A stretch of DNA of 64,000 bases from Nemertoderma westbladi (taxonomy: Eukaryota; Animalia; Xenacoelomorpha): positions 7,520 through 71,519 of the forward strand of contig JAUCBJ010007762.1 of assembly GCA_032718475.1 (NCBI GenBank), in the 5' to 3' direction. Shown piece after piece: positions 38,606-50,664 of the stretch (positions are counted from its first letter, which is position 1; every line of letters starts with the position of its first letter). The translations under genes and the position numbers were made by a program. The notes under the pieces were generated by a model that was not told the origin of the DNA, made no database searches, and was given only the letters and a program-made list of their open reading frames with translations.

Positions 38606-39863
38606 TGTAAAAGCTTCTGTGGGATATAACTGGCCCTTTTGCTTTGCAATCCAGTTTCCCCCCAGGCGCTGGAATACTCTAAAAAGCTCTCTAACTCGAA
38701 TGATGCAAAGCGACCGGCTGATTGGCTGATTTGTTATACGAGGGGCTCTTTACTATGTTCTATCGGCCAACCAGAGCTATAGCAGCAGAGTATGCAACCA
38801 GGACAACCGAGCGGAGTGACTCATTTTGTGTGTTGGCCAAGGGTTGCAAAATTCCTGATAGTTCGGCATTTAGATATTCGTGGAACTTGTGGAATCTGGT
38901 GTTCTGCCAATGAGAGCTATTCCTCTCTGTGTAAAAGATACCTGCAACGGTGTTAGGGACAGTAGCAGTTTTTTCTTGATATACTGTTGTGTTGTTTCTA
39001 TCTAGGCCAGGAACACCGGCTCTAGAGTCAATTCGTTTCAGACTTTTAGAAGAAACATTAGTAGGCTTAAGATTATAGAGCGTATAACTGTTATCAACTC
39101 ATATCAATCAGTGCATATCACGGTCCATATCAGTTCAATTCATAACATATCATATCTTAACCTACCGTCTTAATGCTTTTTACTGTTGTCATATTTTGTA
39201 TCAGTTGGTTGAATATTATTTGGAGAACATTTATAAAGAACCCAAATTTCCCAATTTTCTTGATACACTACAGGTTAGAGAGACGGGTTATATATAGCGA
39301 TTGCGACTCATATTATTGTGGTTTGTAGTGAATTTAATGCTATTTGATAAGCACTACATGAGTCAGTTGCTGTTCTCTTTATATATGATAAAATTCATTG
39401 ACGGTCGGCAAATTAGTGAGCAGTATTGTGTGTTACCGGTAGTGTGCATGATTGTGACTGATAACTAAGCATTTCCTAAAGAATGCGCCTCATACGTGAA
39501 TCATAAGCCTTACCGACTTACCGTTGTGATTAGTATAAGTCATATCTCTGTTTACCTAGATAGAGCGCCACGTCCTAAAGGAACTGTTAATATTTCCCGA
39601 AAGTGAATAATATTAGTCAGAAATTATTTATTAACGATCAATCGAATAATACAGTAAGCTTACACTGCAATAATAATCTAAGCCCTCAGAATCCAGTCTC
39701 CCGGGTATATCCTGCGGGTGAATGGACGCGCACTAGGCTGGCTTCTGCTAATGTTGTGTTTATTGGTATTAAATATTTGTCAACTTCTAAAGTCTATTTA
39801 TAAACCAAAAGACATATAAATTTTGGCAGGTTAAACTGCTAAAGGTCTTCAAAAGCGCGTACA
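38606..39863 (+). repeat. 5' LTR of element B
   Basis: Direct repeat of 49407-50664 (offset 10801). Confidence 0.97.
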
Positions 39864-40224
39864 ATAACAGTTATTGTCTTTATTGCAGTAAGCAATAAAG
39901 TTGAAAGTACCGGTTGACCGGTAAACCTGAACCGGTACTTCTGTAGGTCAGTAGGCCCAACTGCCAGAACCGGTACTGCTGTAGGTCCGTAGGTCCAACT
40001 GCCAGAACCGGTACTTCCGTAGGTCCGTAGGCCCAACTGTCCTAACCGGTACTTCCAGTATAAGTACATTAGTATTATTCGATTTTGATTATTGTATACC
40101 GGTAGGTCTCGATATTAAATCGGGGACGCCTGGTTTTTATTGGGATTTTACTTAGGTCTATTTCTGTCAGTTTTATTTCCTAGTAAGTTAATATTGAGCT
40201 GAAGACGTGTAAGTCTGCTCAGAT

Positions 40225-40805
40225 TGTTCAGATAACTGTAGGCCGGACTGTTGTCGGATTGTTGTTGGGTTTGGAGAGATTACGGCGTGTGTAGAGTTTG
40301 TCCGATAGAGTGCCAGTTAGTAAGTTGGGGCAGCCATAGCTGTAAGGTCAATCCCCTCTTAAAGAATAAGTCGTACTACCGTGTTAGAACGCATACTAAC
40401 TAACCATTTTGGAATCTGCACATACTGTAGTTTATTTAGGCTTGACAGTATTCTGCCAGCGTTTTGGCCTGTGTTTGTTTGTGTGGTCTGTTCAGGTACC
40501 GTAATAGTTATTACTCAGATATTTTGTAGGCTGGATTGTTGTCTAGCTATTATTAAGTCTGAAGAGATTGCTGCGTGTGTAGAGTTTGTCTGATAAAGTG
40601 CCAGTTAGTAAGTTGGGGCAGCCATAGCTGTAAGGTCAATCCCCTCTTAAAGAATAAGTCGTACTACCGTGTTAGAACGCATACTAACTAACCGTTTCGG
40701 AATCTGCACATACTGTAGTTTATTTAGGCTTGGTGGTAGTCTGCCAGCGTTTGGTTTGTATTTTGTTTGAGTATTCTGTACGGGTAGCGTAATATTTATT
40801 ATTCA
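40225..40805. repeat. ~288-bp tandem duplication in the element B 5' leader
   Basis: TAAGTTGGGGCAGCCATAGC... at 40321 and 40609. Confidence 0.85.
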
Positions 40806-42116
40806 GAGTTTATGCGATTATTCGCAACATTCATGTCCCCAAGTTTATTCCTACAGTAATTGTGCTTGTTACACATACCGTTATAGTTAAATTAACCCCG
40901 GTACTACACGGGCTGCTTGGCGTAGGAAAAGATTGGTGACTTTGTGCTTCGGTCACTCCAGCAGATGCCGTGGTTCTTTTAACTGTTCAAGTATATTTAA
41001 CTACTGATTATTGTTGTACCAGTATTTGTACCTAATTTAGGGTTTAGTGTACAGTGCTTTCCGAAAGTAATTAGTGTGTAGGCAGTGTATTGTGTTGTAA
41101 AGTGGTTAATAGGCACGTTGGATCTGGTAGTCCGCGGTAATTAACTTCCAGGTAGGAACACTCCATGATACATAACGTAGTACCTATAGCGATACGGCTA
41201 TAGGTCGTCAGACGGTTGTATTTTTCCTATCTGGACAGTGCAATATATTTACTACTACTTATTATTTTCAAATACCGTAGTACTCTGTCCGTTGTAATAA
41301 CTAGAATTCTAACCCTTTGTTAGGCTGGTTTGTAGACTTCCTGTAAAATTACCCTAAAATTTCGTACGTAATATTTTTGTTGTGTTTAGTTAGAGAATTA
41401 ATCTCACCCGTATCGTAAGTAATTTGTAGTATTAAGTAACTTAGGTAAATTAGAATTATCTGTTTTAGTGTCCAATAAGTAGCACTCCACTGAGAGCGCA
41501 CAGATTCTGTGTAGTGACTCCCCCCAGAAATAGTAACATCTATTTCGATATTGTAACAAAACCCCTCATAAGGGTACATATAAATCCACTAAATCTATTA
41601 ATAAAATAGTAGGCCTGTTATACAACACTTAGGTCTTAATATCAGTTGGACTGCGGCTCAAATAACGGTAATAAAGTAAGTAAAGTAACCAAGTAACCCC
41701 TAACATTCAGAAATTCAATTATTTTAAAATAATTGACATACCGGTATTTACAATAGGCTTATTATATTTATTCTATAAATTTAGGCTGAAATCATACCGG
41801 TACTCTGTAATTAATTCTAGTCCAGAATTATACTTATATACTATAAGTGTAAGCTGCATACCGGTATTCACGATAGGCCTATTATATATTTATATATATT
41901 TGTGCCAAAATTATATACCTGTATTCTGTGACAAATCTAGTCTGTAATAATACTTATATATCTACTATAAGCATACCGGTATTCTAATATATTATATATA
42001 TCACGCTACACTGAGTAGCAGTATCGGTAATTAATTGTGAGGCTAACAGTGATACTGAATTACTAGACTTGCTTTAACTGTAATATAGCAGTAGGCATTC
42101 AACTGTACAATCAAAC

Positions 42117-44243
42117 ATGGCTGACACAAGGCAAACTCTGTCAGATAGTCTCCTAGAAACAACAGCCTGTTTCTCAGATCAAAGTATAGAGAATCCCAGA
42201 CCGAGGTCTGAAACCCCTCATACTGTAAGAAGGGCAACCCCTGCAGTGGTTGTGTCAGAACCTAGGTTGGTAGAAGCGATTTCGCAATTTGCGAAGTTAG
42301 TGAAGCGCCGTTGGTCTGCCATAGGCACTCGGGCCCAAGTCAAGCGGGATCAAGAAGAAGCTATAAAACAGCAGCAACCTCCTAGCCAAGAACCTAGTTC
42401 TCAGCGGCCCGATAGCTCCAGTAGTTCGGATACTGTTGAGCGGACGCCCGAACGCGGAGCGAAGATGGCGGATACGGTTTATGATGAGCGGCCAACCTAT
42501 GAAGAATCAACCGACGCCACTTCTTCTCAAGTGGAAAGCGAGGTGGAAAGCGAGGTGGAAAGCGAGGTGGAAAGCGAAGTGGAAAGCGAATTAACAGCAG
42601 CAGAGAAGCCGCGAACTAGAGACGCCATTGACATCTATCTGTCAGACTATCAGCGATTCATAGGAGACGAAGAGTTGAGGAGACGACTGTCTGGACTTCG
42701 CCCTAATAGTGAAGGAACCAAGCTTGTGTTGGACGCAATCGATGCGGAAATGTTAGCTGCAAACCAAGCTAAATTTGATGAAAAACTCCGCCTCGTTAGA
42801 GTCCAAGAAGAACAAATAAAGAAAAAACAGATAGAGGACCGAAAGGCAGCAGCAGTAACGGCGGCAGAAGCAGAAGCAGCAAAGGCAGCGGCAGCGGCAG
42901 CGACAGAAGCAGAAGCAGCAAAGGCAGCGGCAGCAGCAGAAGCAGAAAGAAAGGCAGCGGTGGCAGAAGCAGAACTGAGAGCGTCTGAGGAGACTACCCA
43001 ACTAGAGTTGGAAAATCTGCAAGAGACGCAAGACTGCATAAATAAACAGTTAACTGCTAGTCAAATGCAGATGATGAGTCGATCTACTCCCAAACGCCAA
43101 GAATACACATCATCAGAAGAAGGCGAGACTACAGATCCTGAAGGCGGAGGAAATAGATCTCGTCTAAGCAGGCGTAGAAAAACATCTCACCGTTACAAAT
43201 TGCCTGATTTGCCCCCAGCTGTTAGAAGACAACTAGCTAGCACAGACTTAAGTAGTATAGAACCTACAGACCAAATTATTAAGGTCAAAAGACTCCCTAC
43301 TATAGTTGATGAGCCTGAAATAATTAGGCCTGTCATTCCCAAAGTCACTCCTGTGCTAGAGACCCCTGTACTTCCAGAGCTTAACTCTAAATTCCCTTTA
43401 CACAGTACTACACTGCCTGTACCCGGTAGAACAGTCCATGAGAATATCCCTGTCCTGAGCACTGAGAGAGAAATCAAGGATTTGTCTCCCGTCGTCCCGC
43501 GTCGGCCCGCTACAATGTTGGCGACTCCCGCTTCGGCGGTCAAGTGGGTAGAGGAGGGACGGCGGGGGATGAATCTCCTGCTCGGACAGATGCAGGAGAC
43601 TGTCCACCAACTTAAGGGAACAGTAAGGGAAGGTAGGGCCGAATTGCAAGAAGTGCAGCAAAGTATCGCGCTAGAACGCGACAAATTAGTCAATATACAA
43701 AAGAGTATACCAATACCCCCTGTAACATTGTGTCAACCTGTTAGGTCTGAAGTATTACATGCGCAAGGTGTGGAGCCTACACGCATCTATACTGCTAGTG
43801 AAGTAGAAACTCCTATAGCAAACCCTATTAAGGGTGATTATAAACCTGTTGTTAATGATATTCCCTATAGACCTGATAATGATCCGAGAAATTTATATAC
43901 CGATAATTCGATATTAAATAACACGATGGCCCAAGAAAGCTTTACGCGTCAGATGGCTAGAACAGAAGCCCGCCAAGCGGTCAAAGTGGGAGAGATCGTC
44001 AAATTCAATGGAGATGAGATGAAATGGTTACCCTTCAATGAATACTACAAAGACAGCATACAGAACTCTGTACTATCTAACGGAGAGAAACTTAGGTTCC
44101 TCATCAAGTGCTTGGAAGGACCTCCCAAGTTAATGGCGTTAAAGTTTATTGGACATCCAGAAGGATTAAGACAAGTTTGGGATACATTAAACATCAGGTA
44201 TGGTAACAAGGATAACATAGCTAAGTATTGTATGCAAAATTAG
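42117..44243 (+). CDS. gag: BEL/Pao Gag, N-terminal part (low-complexity N-terminus + DUF1759-like capsid region)
   Basis: KFNGDEMKWLPF..F/Y..LSNGEKLRFL..CLEG..WDTLNIRYG motif. VESE and Ala-rich repeats. Ends at a -1 frameshift. Confidence 0.88.
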   Translation: MADTRQTLSDSLLETTACFSDQSIENPRPRSETPHTVRRATPAVVVSEPRLVEAISQFAKLVKRRWSAIGTRAQVKRDQEEAIKQQQPPSQEPSSQRPDSSSSSDTVERTPERGAKMADTVYDERPTYEESTDATSSQVESEVESEVESEVESEVESELTAAEKPRTRDAIDIYLSDYQRFIGDEELRRRLSGLRPNSEGTKLVLDAIDAEMLAANQAKFDEKLRLVRVQEEQIKKKQIEDRKAAAVTAAEAEAAKAAAAAATEAEAAKAAAAAEAERKAAVAEAELRASEETTQLELENLQETQDCINKQLTASQMQMMSRSTPKRQEYTSSEEGETTDPEGGGNRSRLSRRRKTSHRYKLPDLPPAVRRQLASTDLSSIEPTDQIIKVKRLPTIVDEPEIIRPVIPKVTPVLETPVLPELNSKFPLHSTTLPVPGRTVHENIPVLSTEREIKDLSPVVPRRPATMLATPASAVKWVEEGRRGMNLLLGQMQETVHQLKGTVREGRAELQEVQQSIALERDKLVNIQKSIPIPPVTLCQPVRSEVLHAQGVEPTRIYTASEVETPIANPIKGDYKPVVNDIPYRPDNDPRNLYTDNSILNNTMAQESFTRQMARTEARQAVKVGEIVKFNGDEMKWLPFNEYYKDSIQNSVLSNGEKLRFLIKCLEGPPKLMALKFIGHPEGLRQVWDTLNIRYGNKDNIAKYCMQN

Positions 44244-46267
44244 TAGCCCCCCGAAACTTCCTTAGTAGCGGGATTATAGAGTTTTCCGATGAGATTCAGG
44301 AGATCTGTAGACAATTGGACTGGTTAGGTAAGTCTCATGAATATCAGAGTTCCATGGTTATTGGAGCAGTAGTCTCTACTTTACCAAAGGGTGGAGTATG
44401 TACACGCTGGGACAAGAAAGTGTTGTATATGAATGAGCAGCAACGACGAAGCCCTACCATGGCTGATCTCATGTCCTTTTTAGATAGTGAAGTAAAATTA
44501 CAACTCATAAAGCAGTCCAGAGAGAAAACATCGGAAAATAAGGTAAGTGAGAAACCCGTTTCTAGGAGAAGGATAATACTAGTGTGTTATACTGACGACG
44601 GCGAAAGCCAAGCTTCTCAAGAAGAGGACAGCGGGAAAGACACAGCAAAATCTTACTATGACAACAAGACCTATAAAGACGTAAGTAAATATAAGTCTCG
44701 AACCAACGATAGGAGAGAACAGGTAACAACAACTCCTCCCACGTCTCCTAAGAGAATTCACGGAAGAAAGCCCGAAGAAAGAACGAGAGTGCATAACGTT
44801 ACCCAAGGTAAAGTGAGTAACATCAAACCAAAATGTGCGCTGTGCGACGGGCCCCACCGTTTGAGTGCGTGTGCTGAATTTCTAAAGAAATCCCTTGTAG
44901 ACAGACGTGCAGTCCTGTGGAATAAGCGGTTATGCTATAATTGCCTCAGATCAGGACACCAACGGCGAACCTGTTACTCCGACGTAAGGTGTGCAAAGTG
45001 TGGCGCGAAACATCACATCTTGTTACACAGTGAGTTCGAACGAGACAACCCGAGTCAGGTAAGTGAGCCCGAACTACATGTCCAATTCAGTGATGTAAAT
45101 GACACTGATCAAGAGTCTGAGATGGAAGGATTCTATACGGACGAATTCTCCGACGCCAACGAATCCTGTTACCTAATAAATACCGCAGTGTATCGAGCAC
45201 TTACGTATGAAAAGGACACCGACAATGAGTTTCCCCCAACTACCTTTAACAGACAACCATCTTGGAAACCTCCAACTTCCAACGTAGGAATCAGAGAATT
45301 TCCTGTAGTGCAGGTAAGAGTTCACGGTCCTAACAAAAGTTACATAGTGAACGCCCTCCTTGACTCCGGCAGCACAGGAACATTCATCGATCAAGAACTA
45401 GCCGAAGATATCTTTGCTGGACAACCCAAATTCCGAACTAAATTGAATATGTCAGGAATTATGCAGGTTTGGAAATCTACCATAACGGCAGATTACTATG
45501 TAGGTGCGTTGTCCACCCCCCAGGATAAATTAGGAGCACAAAGTATAAGGTCAGTAAAAATGGTGGCTATAAAGAACTTCGCTACTACCCAAGTAGAACC
45601 TTATAACTGGGACGAGGACGAGAGCATCCAACAGCTTAAGATACCTCGATTCCAGACAGATTATCCTGGAGTGCAAATACTCATCGGCCAAAACGCGCAT
45701 GAGGCGCTCGAGACATTGGAGAAACGGCCTGCTCAACTGCAGCCACTACAAACCTATGCGGTAAGAACTAGAGTAGGTTGGTACTTCACTGGCCCTTCCC
45801 GTAGAACTCTCAAAGAGAGATTACCTCAACAACAGGTATACCAAGTAAAGGAATGGGAAGTGGAGAGCAGTGATGTGGATGATCCAACTGAGGGAACACC
45901 ATACTCCTCAGATAATGACGATATTAACTCCAATGTAGATCAATGGAGACATTGCCTTGGGACGATTAATCCAGCCGACATCGCTTCCAGAGGAGCAACT
46001 CATCAAGAACTGATAGATACTCCAAGCTGGTTAGGTGGATCCGACTTCTTAAGTAAAGAAGAAGAAGAATGGCCTCCTCATCCTACCACGGCGGAGATTA
46101 GACAGGCCAAGGGAGCGGAGAAAGTAACACAACAACTCAATCGCCCAGCTAGTCGTTTATGTTTACTGGAAAGAGACCGAAAACTGTCCGGAAACTATGG
46201 AAGGCAAGATACTCTTCCTACGACCACTTCCCTAATCCGACAAATATCTAGGGACTCCATAACGTAA
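44228..46267 (+). CDS. pol: Gag C-terminus (3 zinc knuckles) + aspartic protease + in-frame remnants of RNase H and integrase termini; RT and IN core deleted
   Basis: CALCDGPH..C, CYNCLRSGH..C, CAKCGAKHHILLH; ALLDSGSTGTFI; QWRHCLGTINPADIASRG..WLGGSDFL; RPASRLCLL. Confidence 0.88.
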   Translation: MYAKLVAPRNFLSSGIIEFSDEIQEICRQLDWLGKSHEYQSSMVIGAVVSTLPKGGVCTRWDKKVLYMNEQQRRSPTMADLMSFLDSEVKLQLIKQSREKTSENKVSEKPVSRRRIILVCYTDDGESQASQEEDSGKDTAKSYYDNKTYKDVSKYKSRTNDRREQVTTTPPTSPKRIHGRKPEERTRVHNVTQGKVSNIKPKCALCDGPHRLSACAEFLKKSLVDRRAVLWNKRLCYNCLRSGHQRRTCYSDVRCAKCGAKHHILLHSEFERDNPSQVSEPELHVQFSDVNDTDQESEMEGFYTDEFSDANESCYLINTAVYRALTYEKDTDNEFPPTTFNRQPSWKPPTSNVGIREFPVVQVRVHGPNKSYIVNALLDSGSTGTFIDQELAEDIFAGQPKFRTKLNMSGIMQVWKSTITADYYVGALSTPQDKLGAQSIRSVKMVAIKNFATTQVEPYNWDEDESIQQLKIPRFQTDYPGVQILIGQNAHEALETLEKRPAQLQPLQTYAVRTRVGWYFTGPSRRTLKERLPQQQVYQVKEWEVESSDVDDPTEGTPYSSDNDDINSNVDQWRHCLGTINPADIASRGATHQELIDTPSWLGGSDFLSKEEEEWPPHPTTAEIRQAKGAEKVTQQLNRPASRLCLLERDRKLSGNYGRQDTLPTTTSLIRQISRDSIT

Positions 46268-47879
46268 TAACATATGGAGTGGGCGTGTGACTATATCATT
46301 TTATATTTGTTTTTATTTTATATTTATGTATGTATTATTATGTAATTTTATTATAATCGTTTTCTTTAATTTTATTTAGTAGAATGTTATTTTAGTGATT
46401 ATTTAGTAGATTAGTGCAATATATTAGTGTTTATTACGTACGTAATTCCTTATAATATATATTTAGTGCGACGGCGAGAAATAATTATTTTTCTCTTTCC
46501 TTACTGTCCGTATCATATTATAAATACGTGACTACAGTAAGATGAAATGTCCGTACTTATTGGAGTACAATAAAGCCACTACTATATTTAAGTATTATTG
46601 GTAGGCAGAGTATTAGGAATGCAAAGTTCAGATCCTCGTGTCTCGGCTAAACCAAGCTCTGGGTAGACCTTGGAAACGACTTGCCTCTTCACACTGACAT
46701 TGCTTCGTGCGATATTGCTCTTCTACCGTATATTAAATAATACATATAGTAGCGTGATGTCCCTAACAGTAGCGTAAAACGCAAATAAATCTGTTAAACC
46801 TTTTGACCATCTGTAATTCTAGTCGATTAAGATATCGCGGCACCCACCGATATACTTGAAAGACAAATTCTAGAATCAGTGGTTAACGTCCCCAGACAAG
46901 TTCTGGAATAAATCGGTGCCCATCTTAAATATTAATTTAATATTTATTAAAATCTGTAAAATTCAGATCCTTTAAAATTTCTAGTCAATTAAGATATCGC
47001 AGCACTTACCGATACTCTTAAAAGACAATTTATAGAATTCAGGATCCTCAGTCCCCAGACATGCTCTGGAATAAAAATTGTGTCAATTTTAACATCAAAT
47101 AATAAAATTCACGGGAATAGATTTAAATTCATATTTTAAATGAATTTCATAAATTGTCATTTTGTGCAATTTATAACATTCCCAAAACTCCATTAATTAA
47201 TAGATCATGGGAGCGGAGATTCATCCTATTGAGTGTATTAGAGTGCGAGAATCTCCAACATATAGTCAATAGCCGATAAAATTAATAAAATCATGCATAA
47301 AGAGGATATTGACAATTAAAGAATTATTATTAAATAGCATCCCAGATCTGTATGCATGAGAATTACCCTAATTCTACCGCTAGCATTCCATAATGTCACG
47401 CTAGAATTAGAAGCAAGTTAAGAGAACAATAGAAAGCTTGTCCCATTGCATAGCATAGAGAATACATAGCACACTGTTAGTATCCAAGGATACACAGTAA
47501 TAACGTGACATTCTGGAATGCACTGACTAACGGACAAATGGCCTGTATGTGTACAATTGGTGACAGTTGTGTGGAATTTGTGCGTTTATAGGTGAATGTT
47601 ACTGCTAAAGTATGTTTACAGTAGCTAGTCGCAATTGTGAAAGTAGCCCAACTCTCCTATAGAAAGAACCTAAAGTGGATTCAAGCCTTTGGGACGGACA
47701 GTGGAGTGACTTGTGCCGGTTATCGTTGTCGTGCTGTTGCTACATGTTGGCGTAAACACCGCGATGACGGTACATCGGCGCTGAGAATCCCACTGTCCGG
47801 GGGCAAAGAGAGGTAGGCAGCGACGTCCGCTCGCCTAAACATAAACTCATTTCGATATTAATAAACTCAGATAGCAGAT

Positions 47880-49328
47880 ATGACGGAGTTGATAGAAGAT
47901 GATCTTGGTATCAGGGAGCGATATACTCTACCTTTACAAGCATTTGTGGATAGCTTGATACGCGGTGAAACCGATCCAACCATTACAGAGGACGATGGTC
48001 GTTATATCGAACCGCCGATGTCCCAAGAGCAACTTACGCGTGAATTGGACTATCGAAAATTCACCGCTCGCTATACGCATCGTAATAGTACGTATATGGA
48101 CTTCCTAACTACCGGCCATCCTATCGATTTACATGATACGGACGATGTAGACACCGAAAGGGAAATGGTTCTATTTAAATATCATACCCAGCGGCGTCGT
48201 AACGATAAACCGAGAATAGATCACGAAAATTCTATTCGTAACAGACTGGGAAGACGAACCAATATGCCTAGAATCTGAGGAGATTCAGCCTATCGCGCCC
48301 GGAACAGCGACAACGATTACATCCTAGAATGGTATCAAGGTCCACAGTGTCTCACTGCGTACGATTATCGCCATGCCAACTATGTTTCTCGGCAACGTTG
48401 TCGGTTATGCGCATCGAGAGACCATGTTACGCTCATGGACACAAACGTCCGCTGTTCCTATTTCCACGAACAACCGGCGATGGAAATTTATTGTGCGTAT
48501 TGCAGACTCAATAACTTGCACATTTTTGCGGTTTGCCCTCAATTTATGACTCAATGTCACCATTGTCAACTAAAGGGACACGCCAGTTTCGATTGCCCTT
48601 TTAATCGCGATTTGGAAAGCGTAGATGAAATGATCACACTACGTTACATCAGAGCTTGGGAAGCGAACGCTGATTTACATTGTGATTCGCGCCATCGTTA
48701 TTATCCTGGACGCGCTTACGAAGGAGTTTATGCGTTCCATCCTTATCTATTCGCTTCTGTCAAACAGAAATCACGCATATCGAGTTACGAACTACTGAAG
48801 CGCGTCGGAGAATGTATTTCAACCAAATTCGTACGCAAATTTCTCAGGAGTGTTAATCCTAGCGACCTTCATTCCTATAACTTAATCAATTATATCCGTC
48901 AGGATCCGGACTATGGAGACTTATTTGTTAACTCACACCCCGAGTTACAGGAAGTATATCGACGGCCTTACGAATACCGAGCCCGCGAACGCGAGTTGGA
49001 AAGAACCATTAAACCCCGGAGGTTTCTAACTGCCTATGGTCCACCCACGGCTCTCGTTCAGACCACTCGTAAAGGACCCGTAAGAGTGGCTGTCTTAAAA
49101 CGAGCTCTCAAAGCCGTTAGACCCCTCTCCCCCGACGTTGATGTCAATCAACCCGGTACTTCGACTGGCGGATACACCGACCATAATCCTACACCCTCTG
49201 ATGCAATCATATTGCACCCTTCACCCAGGAGTTATAGCCCTCCTTGTAAAGTGGCTCGCCCCAAAGAGAAAAAGACTCTGGCTAGCTTTAAAAAACTGCG
49301 TAAACGCCGTCCGCGTAAGAAAGACTAA
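47880..49328 (+). CDS. Accessory zinc-knuckle protein of element B (homologue of the element A accessory ORF C-terminus), one internal TGA
   Basis: 47880-48278 and 48435-49328 share a frame with only TGA 48276-48278 between them. Knuckles CRLC..H..C, CAYC..H..C, CHHC..H..C, then WEANAD..SRHR. Basic tail KKLRKRRPRKKD. Confidence 0.75.
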
Positions 49329-49406
49329 CTGTTTAGAGTATTTACGTATATTAGAAACTGTGATTTTGTATATTTTATAGACTCAAATCCCATTTTCTGG
49401 GAGCGG

Positions 49407-50664
49407 TGTAAAAGCTTCTGTGGGATATAACTGGCCCTTTTGCTTTGCAATCCAGTTTCCCCCCAGGCGCTGGAATACTCTAAAAAGCTCTCTAACTCGA
49501 ATGATGCAAAGCGACCGGCTGATTGGCTGATTTGTTATACGAGGGGCTCTTTACTATGTTCTATCGGCCAACCAGAGCTATAGCAGCAGAGTATGCAACC
49601 AGGACAACCGAGCGGAGTGACTCATTTTGTGTGTTGGCCAAGGGTTGCAAAATTCCTGATAGTTCGGCATTTAGATATTCGTGGAACTTGTGGAATCTGG
49701 TGTTCTGCCAATGAGAGCTATTCCTCTCTGTGTAAAAGATACCTGCAACGGTGTTAGGGACAGAAGCAGTTTTTTCTTGATATACTGTTGTGTTGTTTCT
49801 ATCTAGGCCAGGAACACCGGCTCTAGAGTCAATTCGTTTCAGACTTTTAGAAGAAACATTAGTAGGCTTAAGATTATAGAGCGTATAACTGTTATCAACT
49901 CATATCAATCAGTGCATATCACGGTCCATATCAGTTCAATTCATAACATATCATATCTTAACCTACCGACTTAATGCTTTTTACTGTTGTCATATTTTGT
50001 ATCAGTTGGTTGAATATTATTTGGAGAACATTTATAAAGAACCCAAATTTCCCAATTTTCTTGATACACTACAGGTTAGAGAGACGGGTTATATATAGCG
50101 ATTGCGACTCATATTATTGTGGTTTGTAGTGAATTTAATGCTATTTGATAAGCACTACATGAGTCAGTTGCTGTTCTCTTTATATATGATAAAATTCATT
50201 GACGGTCGGCAAATTAGTGAGCAGTATTGTGTGTTACCGGTAGTGTGCATGATTGTGACTGATAACTAAGCATTTCCTAAAGAATGCGCCTCATACGTGA
50301 ATCATAAGCCTTACCGACTTACCGTTGTGATTAGTATAAGTCATATCTCTGTTTACCTAGATAGAGCGCCACGTCCTAAAGGAACTGTTAATATTTCCCG
50401 AAAGTGAATAATATTAGTCAGAAATTATTTATTAACGATCAATCGAATAATACAGTAAGCTTACACTGCAATAATAATCTAAGCCCTCAGAATCCAGTCT
50501 CCCGGGTATATCCAGCGGGTGAATGGACGCGCACTAGGCTGGCTTCTGCTAATGTTGTGTTTATTGGTATTAAATATTTGTCAACTTCTAAAGTCTATTT
50601 ATAAACCAAAAGACATATAAATTTTGGCAGGTTAAACTGCTAAAGGTCTTCAAAAGCGCGTACA
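49407..50664 (+). repeat. 3' LTR of element B
   Basis: Direct repeat of 38606-39863, followed by TSD CTACC. Confidence 0.97.

Larger units (their letters stand above)
38606..50664 (+). mobile_element. Complete-ended, non-autonomous BEL/Pao LTR retrotransposon (12.06 kb); element B
   Basis: 1258-bp TG...CA LTRs with ~3 visible differences. 5-bp TSD CTACC (38601-38605 / 50665-50669). Purine tract GGGAGCGG before the 3' LTR. Pao gag and protease. Confidence 0.96.

Noticed and set aside
38722-39803. Short ORFs duplicated in both LTRs
   Set aside because: Identity reflects LTR duplication; non-ATG starts and no motifs.
44228-44243. Programmed -1 frameshift in gag
   Set aside because: No canonical slippery heptamer, and it falls mid-capsid; more likely a 1-bp deletion in an A run or a sequencing error.
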